Below are positions 36,213 to 45,662 of a DNA stretch of 64,000 nt, piece by piece. The DNA lies in contig CAZLEO010000005.1 of assembly GCA_964558555.1 (NCBI GenBank), positions 10,968-74,967 of the forward strand, in the 5' to 3' direction. Made by a program: the position numbers and the translations under genes. How positions within the stretch are numbered: position 1 is the first letter of the stretch; each line of letters opens with the position of its first letter. The notes under the pieces were generated by a model. It was given only the letters and a program-made list of their open reading frames with translations, searched no databases and was not told the DNA's origin. Origin of the DNA: an uncultured Rickettsiales bacterium. GTDB taxonomy: Bacteria > Myxococcota_A > UBA796 > UBA9615 > CAYRNR01.

Positions 36213-36911
36213 TCAAGCCGAGTAGGCCACCTTCAGTAACGCGAGTTCCGTCGTGAACTCCCAATCGTAGTCGTTCCCCAGCCTCTCCCAGGGCAATGCC
36301 AGGATCTCGTCCGCGGCCAGCGAGATGCCTTCACCCATGGCATGCCGGTGGATGGCTTCCTGGAGGGTCTCGGGCTTCGGACCTCCCCCGGAAGCATCCT
36401 CGTCGTACCGCCAGGTCCGCTTCATCCAGAACAGATATCGGTTGGCGGGGGGAGTTATCGTCCGGAGTTTCTCGACGTCTTCGCCGAGCCGCGCCGCCGA
36501 GTACCCTGTCTTTGCCTCGATCCAGTTCTTGGTGGCGCCCGGCCTCCTCTCCCACATGACGATGTCACAACGCCTCGCCGTGGAATCCGGATAGGACTGT
36601 TCGACGAGTAGATTCCAGCCGTGGAATCGATAGGACGTCTGAAGAGCTTCGACCACGGAGAGCACGGAACTCGTCTCCGGAAGGCTCCTCTCATCCAGTC
36701 TCTGACGGTAGTACTGGCTCAGGTGGGGGGCGCCGAACATGATGCACATCCGCGCGTGCTCCCTCATGAGAGCCCACCGAGCGATCTCGAGAAAATCCGT
36801 CGTCCAGGTTTCGCTGCCCACGGTCCTGCGTCCCCCCCGCCTCTGGAAACCGAGGCTCCTGCCATTCACCGTCCTGAGTATTTTGTAACGCCCCAGTAAC
36901 AAGGTCCGCAA
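36213..36911 (-). CDS. hypothetical protein, lower-GC, with possible PD-(D/E)xK-like motif
   Basis: 232 aa with GC visibly below its flanks. RCDIVMWERRPGATKNWIEAKTGY fits D...ExK spacing. No signal peptide. Confidence 0.45.
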   Translation of the reverse strand: MRTLLLGRYKILRTVNGRSLGFQRRGGRRTVGSETWTTDFLEIARWALMREHARMCIMFGAPHLSQYYRQRLDERSLPETSSVLSVVEALQTSYRFHGWNLLVEQSYPDSTARRCDIVMWERRPGATKNWIEAKTGYSAARLGEDVEKLRTITPPANRYLFWMKRTWRYDEDASGGGPKPETLQEAIHRHAMGEGISLAADEILALPWERLGNDYDWEFTTELALLKVAYSA

Positions 36912-36983
36912 ACACGGAACATAAGTCTTGCTGATTTGTCCTCGGACCTAGCGAGCAACCCTACCACCGAGGAGACCCCCGAG

Positions 36984-37715
36984 ATGACCACCAGACTGAC
37001 GCTACTGGCCGTCGCCCTGCTGTCCCTACTCGTCTTCGCTTGCGCGGCGGCGCCGCCTACCCAGGGCACCAACCACGACCGCACCATCTCCGTCACCGGC
37101 ACCGCCGTCACCCGCACCACGCCGGACATCGTGGTGTGGCACGTCACGACCACGGCGGAGCACAAGGACCTGGTCCGGGCCAAGGAGAACAGCGACAACC
37201 AGATGCACGCGATCCTCACCACGGCGCGGGAGCTGGGGGTGGCGGACGAGGACCTGCAGACGGGGTATCTGAACGTGAGCAAGGAGTACGAGCACGACAA
37301 CTATGGCAACGTGGGGGCGTTCAAGCACTTCGATGTGACGCGGCAGATCACCATCAAGGAGCGGGACACTTCGCGTTTCGACGAGTTCCTCACGGGGCTG
37401 GTGCGGAGCGCGGACATGGAGGTGCGGTACACGCTGGAGTCGTCGCGGATCCACGAGATCCGGGCGGAGACGCGGTTGAAGTCGGTGGGGATCGCGCGGG
37501 AGAAGGCCGCGGCCATGGCCGAGGAGTTGGGGGCGGGCCTGGGGGAGGTGCTGACGGTGAACGAGCAGGTGGACCGGGGGTACGGGTCGATGATGGCGAA
37601 CAACTGGTCGTGGGACGACCAGGGCGCGCCGGATATCGACACGACGACGGGGACGTTCGCGCCGGGGTCCATCGAGGTGCGGGTGTCGGTGGGGACGGTG
37701 TTCGCGCTGCGGTGA
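36984..37715 (+). CDS. SIMPL domain (DUF541/YggE-like) lipoprotein
   Basis: ATG 36984 gives MTTRLTLLAVALLSLLVFACAAAPPTQ. The SIMPL-like blocks are ISVTGTA...TTAEHKDLVRAKENSDNQMHAILTTARELGVADEDLQTGYLNVS...FKHFDVTRQITIK. Confidence 0.7.
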   Translation: MTTRLTLLAVALLSLLVFACAAAPPTQGTNHDRTISVTGTAVTRTTPDIVVWHVTTTAEHKDLVRAKENSDNQMHAILTTARELGVADEDLQTGYLNVSKEYEHDNYGNVGAFKHFDVTRQITIKERDTSRFDEFLTGLVRSADMEVRYTLESSRIHEIRAETRLKSVGIAREKAAAMAEELGAGLGEVLTVNEQVDRGYGSMMANNWSWDDQGAPDIDTTTGTFAPGSIEVRVSVGTVFALR

Positions 37716-37807
37716 GGGCGCCTCCGAGCGGCCGCACGCCCCTGGACAGGGATCGAAGGCAGTGAGAGGGTAGTCTCCTGGGGTCTGAGGAACTCGGGGA
37801 GACGACC

Positions 37808-39691
37808 TTGTCGAACGCGCCCATCGAGGCGCTGCTGGACAGCCTGACCGTGGGAGCGGCGTGGCTGGACGGCGGCCACGTGTTTCAGCACTGCAACCGG
37901 GTGCTGGAGGGGTGGCTCGGCCGACAGCGGGCCGAGATCCTCGGACGGACCGTGAGTGAGATCCTGGGGGACGACACGGCCCGGGAGGTGGCCCCCCGGC
38001 TCGACCAGGCCCTGGCCGGGGAGACCGCGTCTCACCAGATCCACGTGACGGACCGCACCGGCGACCGCCGCGCCTTGATGCTGCGATACCGCCCGTACCG
38101 CGATGACGACGGGGCCGTCGTGGGCGTCTTCGTGGCCGCGGAGCTGCTCCGCGACGAGGGCGAGGAGGCGCGTAGCCGGCGGCGACACGAGCTCGAGGAG
38201 GTCCAGCGCATCGCCAGGCTCGGCACGTACCACACCGATCTGAAGCGGGGCACGTGGACCGCATCGGAGGAGTTCTGCCGCATCTTCGGCTTCGAGCCAG
38301 GCGGCGTGTACACACGGGAGGAGTTCCAGGAGATCGTCCACCCGGCCGACCTCGACGCGATGATGGCCCACTTCGACGAGTGCGTGACCCACCGATGGCC
38401 CTTCGACATGGAGTACCGCTGCATCGCGCGCGACACCGGCGAGGTCATCGACGTGCGGTCGATCTCCCAGATCTTCTTCGACGACACGGGCGCGCCCGAC
38501 CGCATCATCGGCATCAAGCAGGACATCACCGAGCAGAAGGTCCTCGAGCGCAAGTTCCTCGCCGCGCAGCGCCTCGAGGCGGTGGGCAGCCTCGCCGGGG
38601 GTGTGGCCCACGACTTCAACAACCTGCTCACCGCCATCTCGGGCTTCGCCGAGCTGGCCGAGTTCGAGGCCGATGAGGGCTCCGGCCAGGCAGGCCACCT
38701 CGCTCAGGTCATCGACGCGGCCGACCGCGCGCGCAACCTCACGAGCCAGCTGCTGGCGTTCTCGCGCCGCCAGATCGTCCAGCCCGAGACCATCAACCTC
38801 AACGCCGCGGTCCACGGTCTCGACCACCTGCTGCGCCGCCTCATCGGCGAGCACATCGACCTGCACACCCAGCTCGCCACCAACCTGTGGAACACCCGCG
38901 TGGACCCCGGCGCGGTCGAGCAGGTGCTGGTCAACCTCGCGGTCAATGCCCGCGACGCCATGCCCGCCGGCGGCGCGCTGACCATGGAGACCCGGAACAA
39001 GGTCTTCGACGAGCCCGTCGAACCGGGCACCGACCGCGCGCTCCCCGCGGGCGAGTACGTGGTCCTCGCCGTGAGCGACAGCGGCACCGGCATCGACGAG
39101 GAGGACCTGCCGCACATCTTCGAGCCCTTCTACACCACCAAGCCCGAGGGCCAGGGCACCGGCCTGGGGCTGGCCACCTGCTACGGCCTGGTCGCGCAGG
39201 CGTCGGGGCAGATCGCCGTGCACAGCGAGGGCGGCCGCGGCACCACCTTCAGGATCTTCCTGCCCCGCGTGGACGACACCATCGACGAGACCGAGGACGA
39301 GCCCAGCCTGGCCGGGCCGCTGGGCACCGAGCGCATCCTCGTCGTCGAGGACGACGACGCCGTGCGCGACTACACCGTCACCGTCCTGCGGCAGCTCGGC
39401 TACGACGTCCTGCAGGCCAACGACGGCATCGACGCCCTCGACGTGCTGCGCGCCCAGCGCGATCCCGTCGACCTGCTGCTCACCGATGTGGTCATGCCCC
39501 AGATGAGCGGCCGCGAGCTCGCCAGCACCGTCCGCGAGCACTTCCCCACGGTCAAGGTGCTGTACATGTCCGGGTACACCGGCGACGCCACCGTCCACCG
39601 CGGCGAGCTCGACCAGGGCTCCACCCTGCTGGAGAAACCCTTCACACAGGACGTGCTCGGCGCCGCGGTCCGCCGATTGATCGACCACTGA
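37808..39691 (+). CDS. PAS-domain hybrid sensor histidine kinase / response regulator
   Basis: Two PAS regions are followed by HisKA (LEAVGSLAGGVAHDFNNLLTAISGFAELA), HATPase_c (NLAVNARDAMPAGG...DSGTGI...GTGLGLA) and a C-terminal receiver (ILVVEDDDAVR...DLLLTDVVMP). TTG start at 37808. Confidence 0.9.
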   Translation: MSNAPIEALLDSLTVGAAWLDGGHVFQHCNRVLEGWLGRQRAEILGRTVSEILGDDTAREVAPRLDQALAGETASHQIHVTDRTGDRRALMLRYRPYRDDDGAVVGVFVAAELLRDEGEEARSRRRHELEEVQRIARLGTYHTDLKRGTWTASEEFCRIFGFEPGGVYTREEFQEIVHPADLDAMMAHFDECVTHRWPFDMEYRCIARDTGEVIDVRSISQIFFDDTGAPDRIIGIKQDITEQKVLERKFLAAQRLEAVGSLAGGVAHDFNNLLTAISGFAELAEFEADEGSGQAGHLAQVIDAADRARNLTSQLLAFSRRQIVQPETINLNAAVHGLDHLLRRLIGEHIDLHTQLATNLWNTRVDPGAVEQVLVNLAVNARDAMPAGGALTMETRNKVFDEPVEPGTDRALPAGEYVVLAVSDSGTGIDEEDLPHIFEPFYTTKPEGQGTGLGLATCYGLVAQASGQIAVHSEGGRGTTFRIFLPRVDDTIDETEDEPSLAGPLGTERILVVEDDDAVRDYTVTVLRQLGYDVLQANDGIDALDVLRAQRDPVDLLLTDVVMPQMSGRELASTVREHFPTVKVLYMSGYTGDATVHRGELDQGSTLLEKPFTQDVLGAAVRRLIDH

Positions 39692-39734
39692 CGCCACTCT
39701 GGCGCACGCCACCACGGCGACCTATCCTCCAGAC

Positions 39735-39941
39735 GTGCCCCGCGACAATTCCAGAACCCGCAAGATCGCCGGACGGGTGCTGATCCTCGTGGGTGTGGCC
39801 GTCTGGATTCCCTACGCGGTCCTGCTGCTGACCGGCCGGGATCCCGAGGTGGGGAGGTTCCTGCCGTTCCACCTGGCCGGGGTCGTGCCGGGGGCGATCC
39901 TGGCGCGGTGGGACTGGATACGCAAGACGTTGCGGTTCTGA
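39735..39941 (+). CDS. small two-TM membrane protein (68 aa)
   Basis: GTG start. VLILVGVAVWIPYAVLLLTG and HLAGVVPGAILARW are hydrophobic segments. GC3 is high. Confidence 0.4.
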   Translation: MPRDNSRTRKIAGRVLILVGVAVWIPYAVLLLTGRDPEVGRFLPFHLAGVVPGAILARWDWIRKTLRF

Positions 39942-40006
39942 TCAAGCGCTGTCTCCCCGCGGCCGTAGGGGGTACGATTTTCATCCCACCGAGAGGAGGG
40001 CCTCCC

Positions 40007-40420
40007 GTGCCCATCGAGGACATCCGCTTCATCGTCGAGCGTGCCGTGAGCGCCACCCTGGCCACCTGCGTGGACGGCCAGCCGCGCACCCGGCCCATGT
40101 CTTTCTCGCTGACCGCCGAGGGCCGGCTGCTGTCGTCTACCCGCGACACCAGCGGCAAGATGGCCGAGTTCGCGGCCAACCCGCGCGTGGAGCTGTGCAT
40201 CGTGGACGCGGACAAGAACCACGTGCGGATCGAGGGTTTGATCGACGTCTCGGGGGGTGACCAGGACAAGGTGGCGCTGCTGGAGAACCATCCCCCTGCG
40301 AGGCGCCACTTCGGCGAGCCCGATCACCCGAACCTGGTGCACGTGGAGGTGATCCCGAAGTACGTGCGGTACAAGCCGCCGGGGTTCTGCGAGTACACGA
40401 TGGTGGAGTTGATCGACTGA
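40007..40420 (+). CDS. pyridoxamine 5'-phosphate oxidase family protein (PPOX / general stress protein 26-like)
   Basis: GTG 40007 is 7 nt after GGAGG. IRFIVERAVSATLATCVDGQPRTRPMSF...NPRVELCIVDADKNHVRIEG matches the split-barrel FMN-binding fold. Confidence 0.65.
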   Translation: MPIEDIRFIVERAVSATLATCVDGQPRTRPMSFSLTAEGRLLSSTRDTSGKMAEFAANPRVELCIVDADKNHVRIEGLIDVSGGDQDKVALLENHPPARRHFGEPDHPNLVHVEVIPKYVRYKPPGFCEYTMVELID

Positions 40421-40429
40421 AGCAGCGGC

Positions 40430-41032
40430 TCAGCTCGAGGACACTCCGCGGGCTCGCAGCGTGTGCGCGACCATGAGGTCGAGCAGCGCGTCGAGGCCGT
40501 GCTGGACATCGGGCGACTCCAGTATCCCCAACGCCCGCGCGATCGCCTCGAGGGTCGACAGACCCCGGCCGGGATTCTCGGCGCGCAGCTGGTAGCGGCT
40601 GCCGGGACCGGGCGGCAGGCACACCTGCTCGAGCCGATCGAGGCCGGGGATACGCCGCCCGAACTTGCGCGCCTGGCGCCAGCTGCCGTCGGGCACGATC
40701 AGGGTCACGGGGCGGGGATCTTCACGGACGAGTTCCCGCGACAGGATCGTCGCATCCTCCCCGGGGAACAGCAGAAGCAGCCGCGAGGCCTCGCCGTCGA
40801 GGCGGGACAGGTCCAGCGGGGCGGCCTCGTCACCGTGGATGACCAGCTCGCTGTTGGGCAGGGCCTGCACCGCCAGGTTGCCTGTGGACGTGCTCTTGAA
40901 GGTCTCGGCGCGGTGCATGATCAGCAGCACTCGCGTGCGCGTCTCGAGTCGGGGGATGGCGTCGCACACGCACACCTTCAGCGGCATGCGACAGCGCACA
41001 CAGCGGGTCGAGCTCCGGGTCTTTCGTCCCAT
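40430..41032 (-). CDS. DTW domain protein (tRNA-uridine aminocarboxypropyltransferase TapT-like)
   Basis: MGRKTRSSTRCVRCRMPLKVCVCDAIP is a CxxC...CxC zinc ribbon. RVLLIMH is present, and LIVPDGSWRQARK is the D-x-S/T-W motif. Confidence 0.7.
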   Translation of the reverse strand: MGRKTRSSTRCVRCRMPLKVCVCDAIPRLETRTRVLLIMHRAETFKSTSTGNLAVQALPNSELVIHGDEAAPLDLSRLDGEASRLLLLFPGEDATILSRELVREDPRPVTLIVPDGSWRQARKFGRRIPGLDRLEQVCLPPGPGSRYQLRAENPGRGLSTLEAIARALGILESPDVQHGLDALLDLMVAHTLRARGVSSS

Positions 41033-41046
41033 GAAGGTCCGTTCGC

Positions 41047-41838
41047 TCAGTCGCCGGTCGGCTCGTCGATCTCGAACCGGCCCCAGTGGTTCTTCAGCGC
41101 GCTGCGCGCGGCCTGCCAGTCCACGATGTCGCCCGCGTGAAAGCCCATGTACCGCAGGAATAGCGCCACGGCGCGGCTCTGGTCCGCGTCGAAGGCCGCG
41201 AAACGCTTCAGCGCCCACTCGCGCAGGTCGTCGCTCTTGCCCTCGAGGTCGAGCGCGTACAGGGTGAAGTCCGGTGTGCACGACCTCGAGGTCTCGGCGT
41301 GGTCCATCGACCAGGTCATGTACGCGGCCATGTGGAACCGCAGCCCCGGCGGGTCGAAGAAGCTCAGCACCGAGTAGAACTCCTCGATCACCTCGCCCGG
41401 GATCGCCTGCCAGCGCTGGTAGTCGAGATCCCGGATGGCCGCGGCCCGCTCGCTCTCGTGGCCGTAGTCGTCAGCGAGTTCGGCGTCGTAGATCCGCATC
41501 CCGTCACCGCGCCTCAGGTCCCCGAATGCGTCCTCGATGGCGGCCCGCGCCGCCTCACGGGCCGACTCCCGCGCCCCGGCCACCGTCTGCCAGCCCGGCA
41601 TCCGCACGTCGTCGCCGGTCGGCGCCCGCGCCACGTCCTGCCAGCCCTCCTCGCACATGCCGATGGCCGCGAAGTTCTCCTGGGCCTGCTCCAGCGTGAC
41701 GGCGTTGGAGTCCGACCAGTCGTCGTCCCACGGCGAGTCCTCCCAGCAGCAGATGGGGCACAGCTCGTAGCTGCCCGGTGAAGGCGCGGGCAGGGTCAGG
41801 TAGCCGCAGCAGGGGCAGGGGTGGCGCTGGGGAGGCAT
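41047..41838 (-). CDS. CPCC-family cysteine-rich domain protein fused to a domain of unknown function
   Basis: Starts at ATG 41838 after GGAGG, 263 aa. MPPQRHPCPCCGYLTLPAPSPGSYELCPICCWEDSPWDDDW. Confidence 0.6.
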   Translation of the reverse strand: MPPQRHPCPCCGYLTLPAPSPGSYELCPICCWEDSPWDDDWSDSNAVTLEQAQENFAAIGMCEEGWQDVARAPTGDDVRMPGWQTVAGARESAREAARAAIEDAFGDLRRGDGMRIYDAELADDYGHESERAAAIRDLDYQRWQAIPGEVIEEFYSVLSFFDPPGLRFHMAAYMTWSMDHAETSRSCTPDFTLYALDLEGKSDDLREWALKRFAAFDADQSRAVALFLRYMGFHAGDIVDWQAARSALKNHWGRFEIDEPTGD

Positions 41839-41876
41839 GGTCGTATCGTATCGCCCGCTGGATCGCGGGGCCACGG

Positions 41877-42665
41877 TCACCCCTCGGGCTGGGCTCGCCG
41901 GCCGATGGAGCGCAGCCTCGACAGCGCGTCCTCGTCGGGCTGGACGTCGCGCGCCTGGGCGACGAGTTCGCGCAGCTTGGCCAGGAATCCGTCGGAGGAC
42001 TGGACATCCATGGGCAGCCGCAGCTCGGTCAGTTTCCCGGATTCGTCGGTGATGCACAGCCAGCGGCATCTGGCGCCCCGCGGCAGGTGCTCGCTGATGT
42101 CCACGTCGACCAATACCTCGATCTCCTCGATCTCGTGCAGCAAGAAGCGATGGCGGCGCCTGGGCGACCCATCCCCGGCGCTGTCCCGCCACACCTCGAG
42201 GGAGTGCTCGGTCAACCGCAGCTCGGTCGTCCGCTGCAACTGCTCGGCTGCGATGCGTCCCGCCACCGCGACCCCCACCGACGCCAGGGACAGCACCGCG
42301 GCCAGCGCCCACAGGTCGCCCACCGCCGCCACCGCGAATGCCGCCAGTGCCACCACGAACGCCACAGCCGCCGAACCGTGGGCTCCGCCCCAGCTCTCGG
42401 TCTGCACCACCAGCCCCTCGGGTACCGACGACACGGGCTCCGCGATGGGAGCCTGGGGCGCGAGCAGCAGCTGCCGCGACAGGTGGAGCGATGCCAGGAT
42501 CACCATGGCGATCACGGGCGGGACGCACGCCATCACCCAGATTCCGTGTATCCACCCCAGCACCAGCACCATCGCCGCGATCTCGAGGACCACCGCGTAG
42601 ATCAGGACCGCCCGCCCGGCCTCGGCCGCCAGCCCCAACCAGCCCTGGATACGGGCCTTCTTCAC
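41877..42665 (-). CDS. membrane protein, paralog B (TM helices plus cytoplasmic PH-like domain)
   Basis: Shares ESWGG, SELRLTEHSLEVW, RRHRFLLHEIEEIEV and LRELVAQARDVQPDEDALSRLR blocks with the upstream paralog. Overlaps the upstream gene by 4 nt. Confidence 0.6.
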   Translation of the reverse strand: MKKARIQGWLGLAAEAGRAVLIYAVVLEIAAMVLVLGWIHGIWVMACVPPVIAMVILASLHLSRQLLLAPQAPIAEPVSSVPEGLVVQTESWGGAHGSAAVAFVVALAAFAVAAVGDLWALAAVLSLASVGVAVAGRIAAEQLQRTTELRLTEHSLEVWRDSAGDGSPRRRHRFLLHEIEEIEVLVDVDISEHLPRGARCRWLCITDESGKLTELRLPMDVQSSDGFLAKLRELVAQARDVQPDEDALSRLRSIGRRAQPEG

Positions 42666-43495
42666 TCGGTCGTCCTGGCCCTGTGGCTCATACGGCGCAG
42701 CTTGTCGACCGCCTCATCGTCGGGCTGAACGGCCCGAGCCTCCGCGACCAGCTCGCGCACCCTGGCCACGAATCGATCGCCGTGGTGGACGCGCATGGGC
42801 AAGGGCAGCTCGAGACGCCAGCCGTGCTCCTGCCAGACGAGCAGCCGCCGCCACTTGCCCCCGGACGGCGCGCGCTTGCTGCGCAGGTCGTCCTCGATGA
42901 CCTCCATGCGATCCACCTCGTGAAGGCCAATCCGGTGGCGCCGCTTCAGGTCTCCGAAGGGCCGGCGCGGCTCCCACAGCTCCAGCGCGTGGACGGTCAG
43001 CCGCAGCTCGCTGGGTCGGTGCAGCCGCGCCGCGTCCCGCCTCACCAGCGCTGCCCCGGCCAGCGCCGCGCTCGACACGGCGCCCACGATCCAGACCGAG
43101 GCGCCGAGCAAGCCCAGCGCGATCCCCGCCACCGCCATCGACGCCCCCGCCAGCACCACCCCCAAACCGCCACCCCAGCTCTCCGCCCGCGCGACCGGCC
43201 CCTCGGGCAGGTCCGACACGGGATCCTCCAGCGGCTTTTGCGGCGACAGGATCAGCCCGCCGCTGAGCCCCGCCGCCGCCAGCAACACCGCCGCGATGAA
43301 GGCCGGCAGGCAGGTCCACAACCGATCGGGGCCCACCAGGAGCAGGTAGACCACGATCATGTTCACGCCGATGGTCAACGCCGACATCGAGAACAGGAAC
43401 ACCCGGCCAATCCACTCGTTCGATTGCCCTCCTGACGTTCCCTCGGCCACCCCGCGCCTCCAGACCTCCACTATACAGACCGCCGCCGGCTCCAT
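42662..43495 (-). CDS. membrane protein, paralog A
   Basis: Shares ESWGG, SELRLTVHALELW, RRHRIGLHEVDRMEV and VRELVAEARAVQPDDEAVDKLR blocks with 41877..42665. Has 3-4 predicted TM helices. Confidence 0.6.
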   Translation of the reverse strand: MEPAAVCIVEVWRRGVAEGTSGGQSNEWIGRVFLFSMSALTIGVNMIVVYLLLVGPDRLWTCLPAFIAAVLLAAAGLSGGLILSPQKPLEDPVSDLPEGPVARAESWGGGLGVVLAGASMAVAGIALGLLGASVWIVGAVSSAALAGAALVRRDAARLHRPSELRLTVHALELWEPRRPFGDLKRRHRIGLHEVDRMEVIEDDLRSKRAPSGGKWRRLLVWQEHGWRLELPLPMRVHHGDRFVARVRELVAEARAVQPDDEAVDKLRRMSHRARTTE

Positions 43496-43523
43496 TCCGC
43501 ACCCGCGCCCACGGTCCCGCGCG

Positions 43524-44480
43524 TCAGAACCAGCGGTAGCACTGCCACGAGCTGTCGATCTCCAGCGCCACCTGGTGGCCGTCGCCCAGATTCGCGACGC
43601 CCATGTGGTAGCGCGTGAGGATGAACAGCCCGTGGAAGTCCTCGAGCCCCCCCAGGAACTCGTCCACCAGCGCCGCGGGGACCGTCAGGGAGCCGTCGTC
43701 GTCGCTGTCACAGTAGATGCGATCGCGCGCGCCGCCGTGGTTCCAGGGGATCACCTCCAGCCGGACGCGATCCTCCCCCGCGGCAGTCCAGGTGACCTCG
43801 AAGTCCTCCCCGGGCCGGAGCAGGTGCGCCGGATCGCAGACCATGTCGTGCTCCAGCGGGTGCACCGCCCGGGCCGACACCGCGAACGCAGGCGTCGCCC
43901 CGCCGGTGGCGGAGAGCTCGACGGTGTCCCCGGCGGTGAGCGCGCCGGCCGGCACCTCCTGGGGCCAGTACGGGTCGGAGTCCCACTGCAGCGACAGCGA
44001 GGGCCCTGTCAGCGACAGCGCCCCTGCAGGGGCGAGCTCCGGGTACGCCTTGCACACCCCGTCGTCGGTATCGCAGTACTCATCACCCGGAGCGCAGTCC
44101 TCGTCGCAGACCGACCGCTCGAAGTGCAGCCAGCCGCACTCCCCGTCCTCGTCCTCCACCGCCCACTGGGTCGCCCCGTCGAAGGGCGAGTAGACCATGC
44201 CGAAGATCTCCCCCGGCCACGGCTGCTCGTAGAAACCCCACACCATCGCGCCATGGGCCGGGATCGGCTCGCCTTCGTAGGCCTCGTCGATGCGGTCGTT
44301 GATCTGCACGCCGCCGATGATCCCGGCCATGTCGACCACATCGTCGTCGTCGTCCGCCGCGTCATCGTCGTCGTCCGCCACGTCATCGTCATCGGCCGCG
44401 TCATCGTCGTCGGCAGCATCGGGACACCCGAGCGTCAGCAGGATCATCATCCACAGGGCCAGGACAGGAGCCGTCTTCAT
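43524..44480 (-). CDS. hypothetical lipoprotein with long poly-Asp linker
   Basis: ATG 44480 is 7 nt after GGAGG. MKTAPVLALWMMILLTLGCPDAADDDDAADDDDVADDDDDAADDDDDVVD, then a Cys-containing domain. Confidence 0.65.
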   Translation of the reverse strand: MKTAPVLALWMMILLTLGCPDAADDDDAADDDDVADDDDDAADDDDDVVDMAGIIGGVQINDRIDEAYEGEPIPAHGAMVWGFYEQPWPGEIFGMVYSPFDGATQWAVEDEDGECGWLHFERSVCDEDCAPGDEYCDTDDGVCKAYPELAPAGALSLTGPSLSLQWDSDPYWPQEVPAGALTAGDTVELSATGGATPAFAVSARAVHPLEHDMVCDPAHLLRPGEDFEVTWTAAGEDRVRLEVIPWNHGGARDRIYCDSDDDGSLTVPAALVDEFLGGLEDFHGLFILTRYHMGVANLGDGHQVALEIDSSWQCYRWF

Positions 44481-44593
44481 GGTCATTCCTCCTTGGGGTA
44501 CTCGATCAAGCATCCCACGTGCCCACGAGCGGGGTCTGTACATGCCCTGATCCTCGCCAGACCCATTCTCCGCACCGGTGTTACCCTCCCCCC

Positions 44594-45028
44594 ATGTCCT
44601 CCCTCGAACGCGCCATCGAGCTCGCCGCCGCCTGCCATGCCGGACAGACCGACAAGGCCGGCCAGCCGTACATCCTTCACCCCCTGCGCGTGATGATGTC
44701 CCTGGATTCGGACGACGCCCGCATCACCGCGATGCTCCACGACACCGTCGAGGACGGGGACTGGACCCTCCGCGGCCTGTCCGAGGAGGGCTTCGACCCC
44801 GTCGTCGTCGCCGCCATCGACGCCCTGACCCACCGCGAAGACGAGACCTACATGGACTACGTCCGCCGCGCCGCCGCCAACCCCATCGCCGTGGCGGTCA
44901 AGCGCGCCGACCTGACCGACAACCTCGATCTGTCGCGTATCCCGGACCCCACCCGGAAGGACCAAGACCGCGCCGACAAGTACCGCCGCGCCCTGGCCTT
45001 GATCGACGAGCTGACCCGCGACTCCTAG
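44594..45028 (+). CDS. HD-domain small alarmone hydrolase-like protein (RelA/SpoT hydrolase domain only)
   Basis: ELAAACHAGQTDKAGQPYILHPLRVMMSL...AMLHDTVEDG matches the (p)ppGpp hydrolase HD motif. 144 aa. Confidence 0.65.
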   Translation: MSSLERAIELAAACHAGQTDKAGQPYILHPLRVMMSLDSDDARITAMLHDTVEDGDWTLRGLSEEGFDPVVVAAIDALTHREDETYMDYVRRAAANPIAVAVKRADLTDNLDLSRIPDPTRKDQDRADKYRRALALIDELTRDS

Positions 45029-45489
45029 AGAACCCCCGCGGCCCTCAACGACGCCACCAACACCAGCGCGCACAGCACCCACGGCAACGCAAACGCCACC
45101 GCCAGGATGATCACCACCGTCGGCGCGTTGAACCTGTCCAGCTCCACCAGCGCCGTCTCCGGCCGCCCCGGGATCACCAGCACGTCCAGCGGCGTGCCCA
45201 CCATGTCGTCCCACATCTCGCTACCGCGCGTGCACCCCACCTCGTGCAAGCTCCCGTCCCGGTCCTGCCACCGCACGATCGGGTGATACACGTAGTGCCC
45301 CACCCCCGACTCCCCCGCCCTCGTGCGCCGCACCCCGATGCACTTGCCCTCGATGGTCACCGCCCGGCGCAGGAAGATGAAGCGGCGACCCCACAGGTAG
45401 ATGGCGAGACCCCATACGAGCAGATCGACCAGGCCGAAGATGGCGATGCCGATGCTCGAGATGATGATCTGTTCCATCTCGGGGGCCAT
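45025..45489 (-). CDS. membrane protein (two TM helices flanking a small domain; DUF3592-like architecture)
   Basis: ATG 45489 sits behind GGAGGGGA. MAPEMEQIIISSIGIAIFGLVDLLVWGLAIYLW ... VVIILAVAFALPWVLCALVLV. Confidence 0.5.
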   Translation of the reverse strand: MAPEMEQIIISSIGIAIFGLVDLLVWGLAIYLWGRRFIFLRRAVTIEGKCIGVRRTRAGESGVGHYVYHPIVRWQDRDGSLHEVGCTRGSEMWDDMVGTPLDVLVIPGRPETALVELDRFNAPTVVIILAVAFALPWVLCALVLVASLRAAGVL

Positions 45490-45662
45490 GGGTTCTCCCC
45501 TCCGGTCTCCTCGTTCCCACGGTTCCCGTGGGAACGGATCAACCTCGCCGACGCTTTGCGTCGGCACAACTATCCTACCCCTGCGGGCACCCCCGCCTCC
45601 CCCCACCTGGCACGCCCGTTGCTTTGCTCCCCCTCCCGTGTGGGCTCGCGAATGGGATCGTC

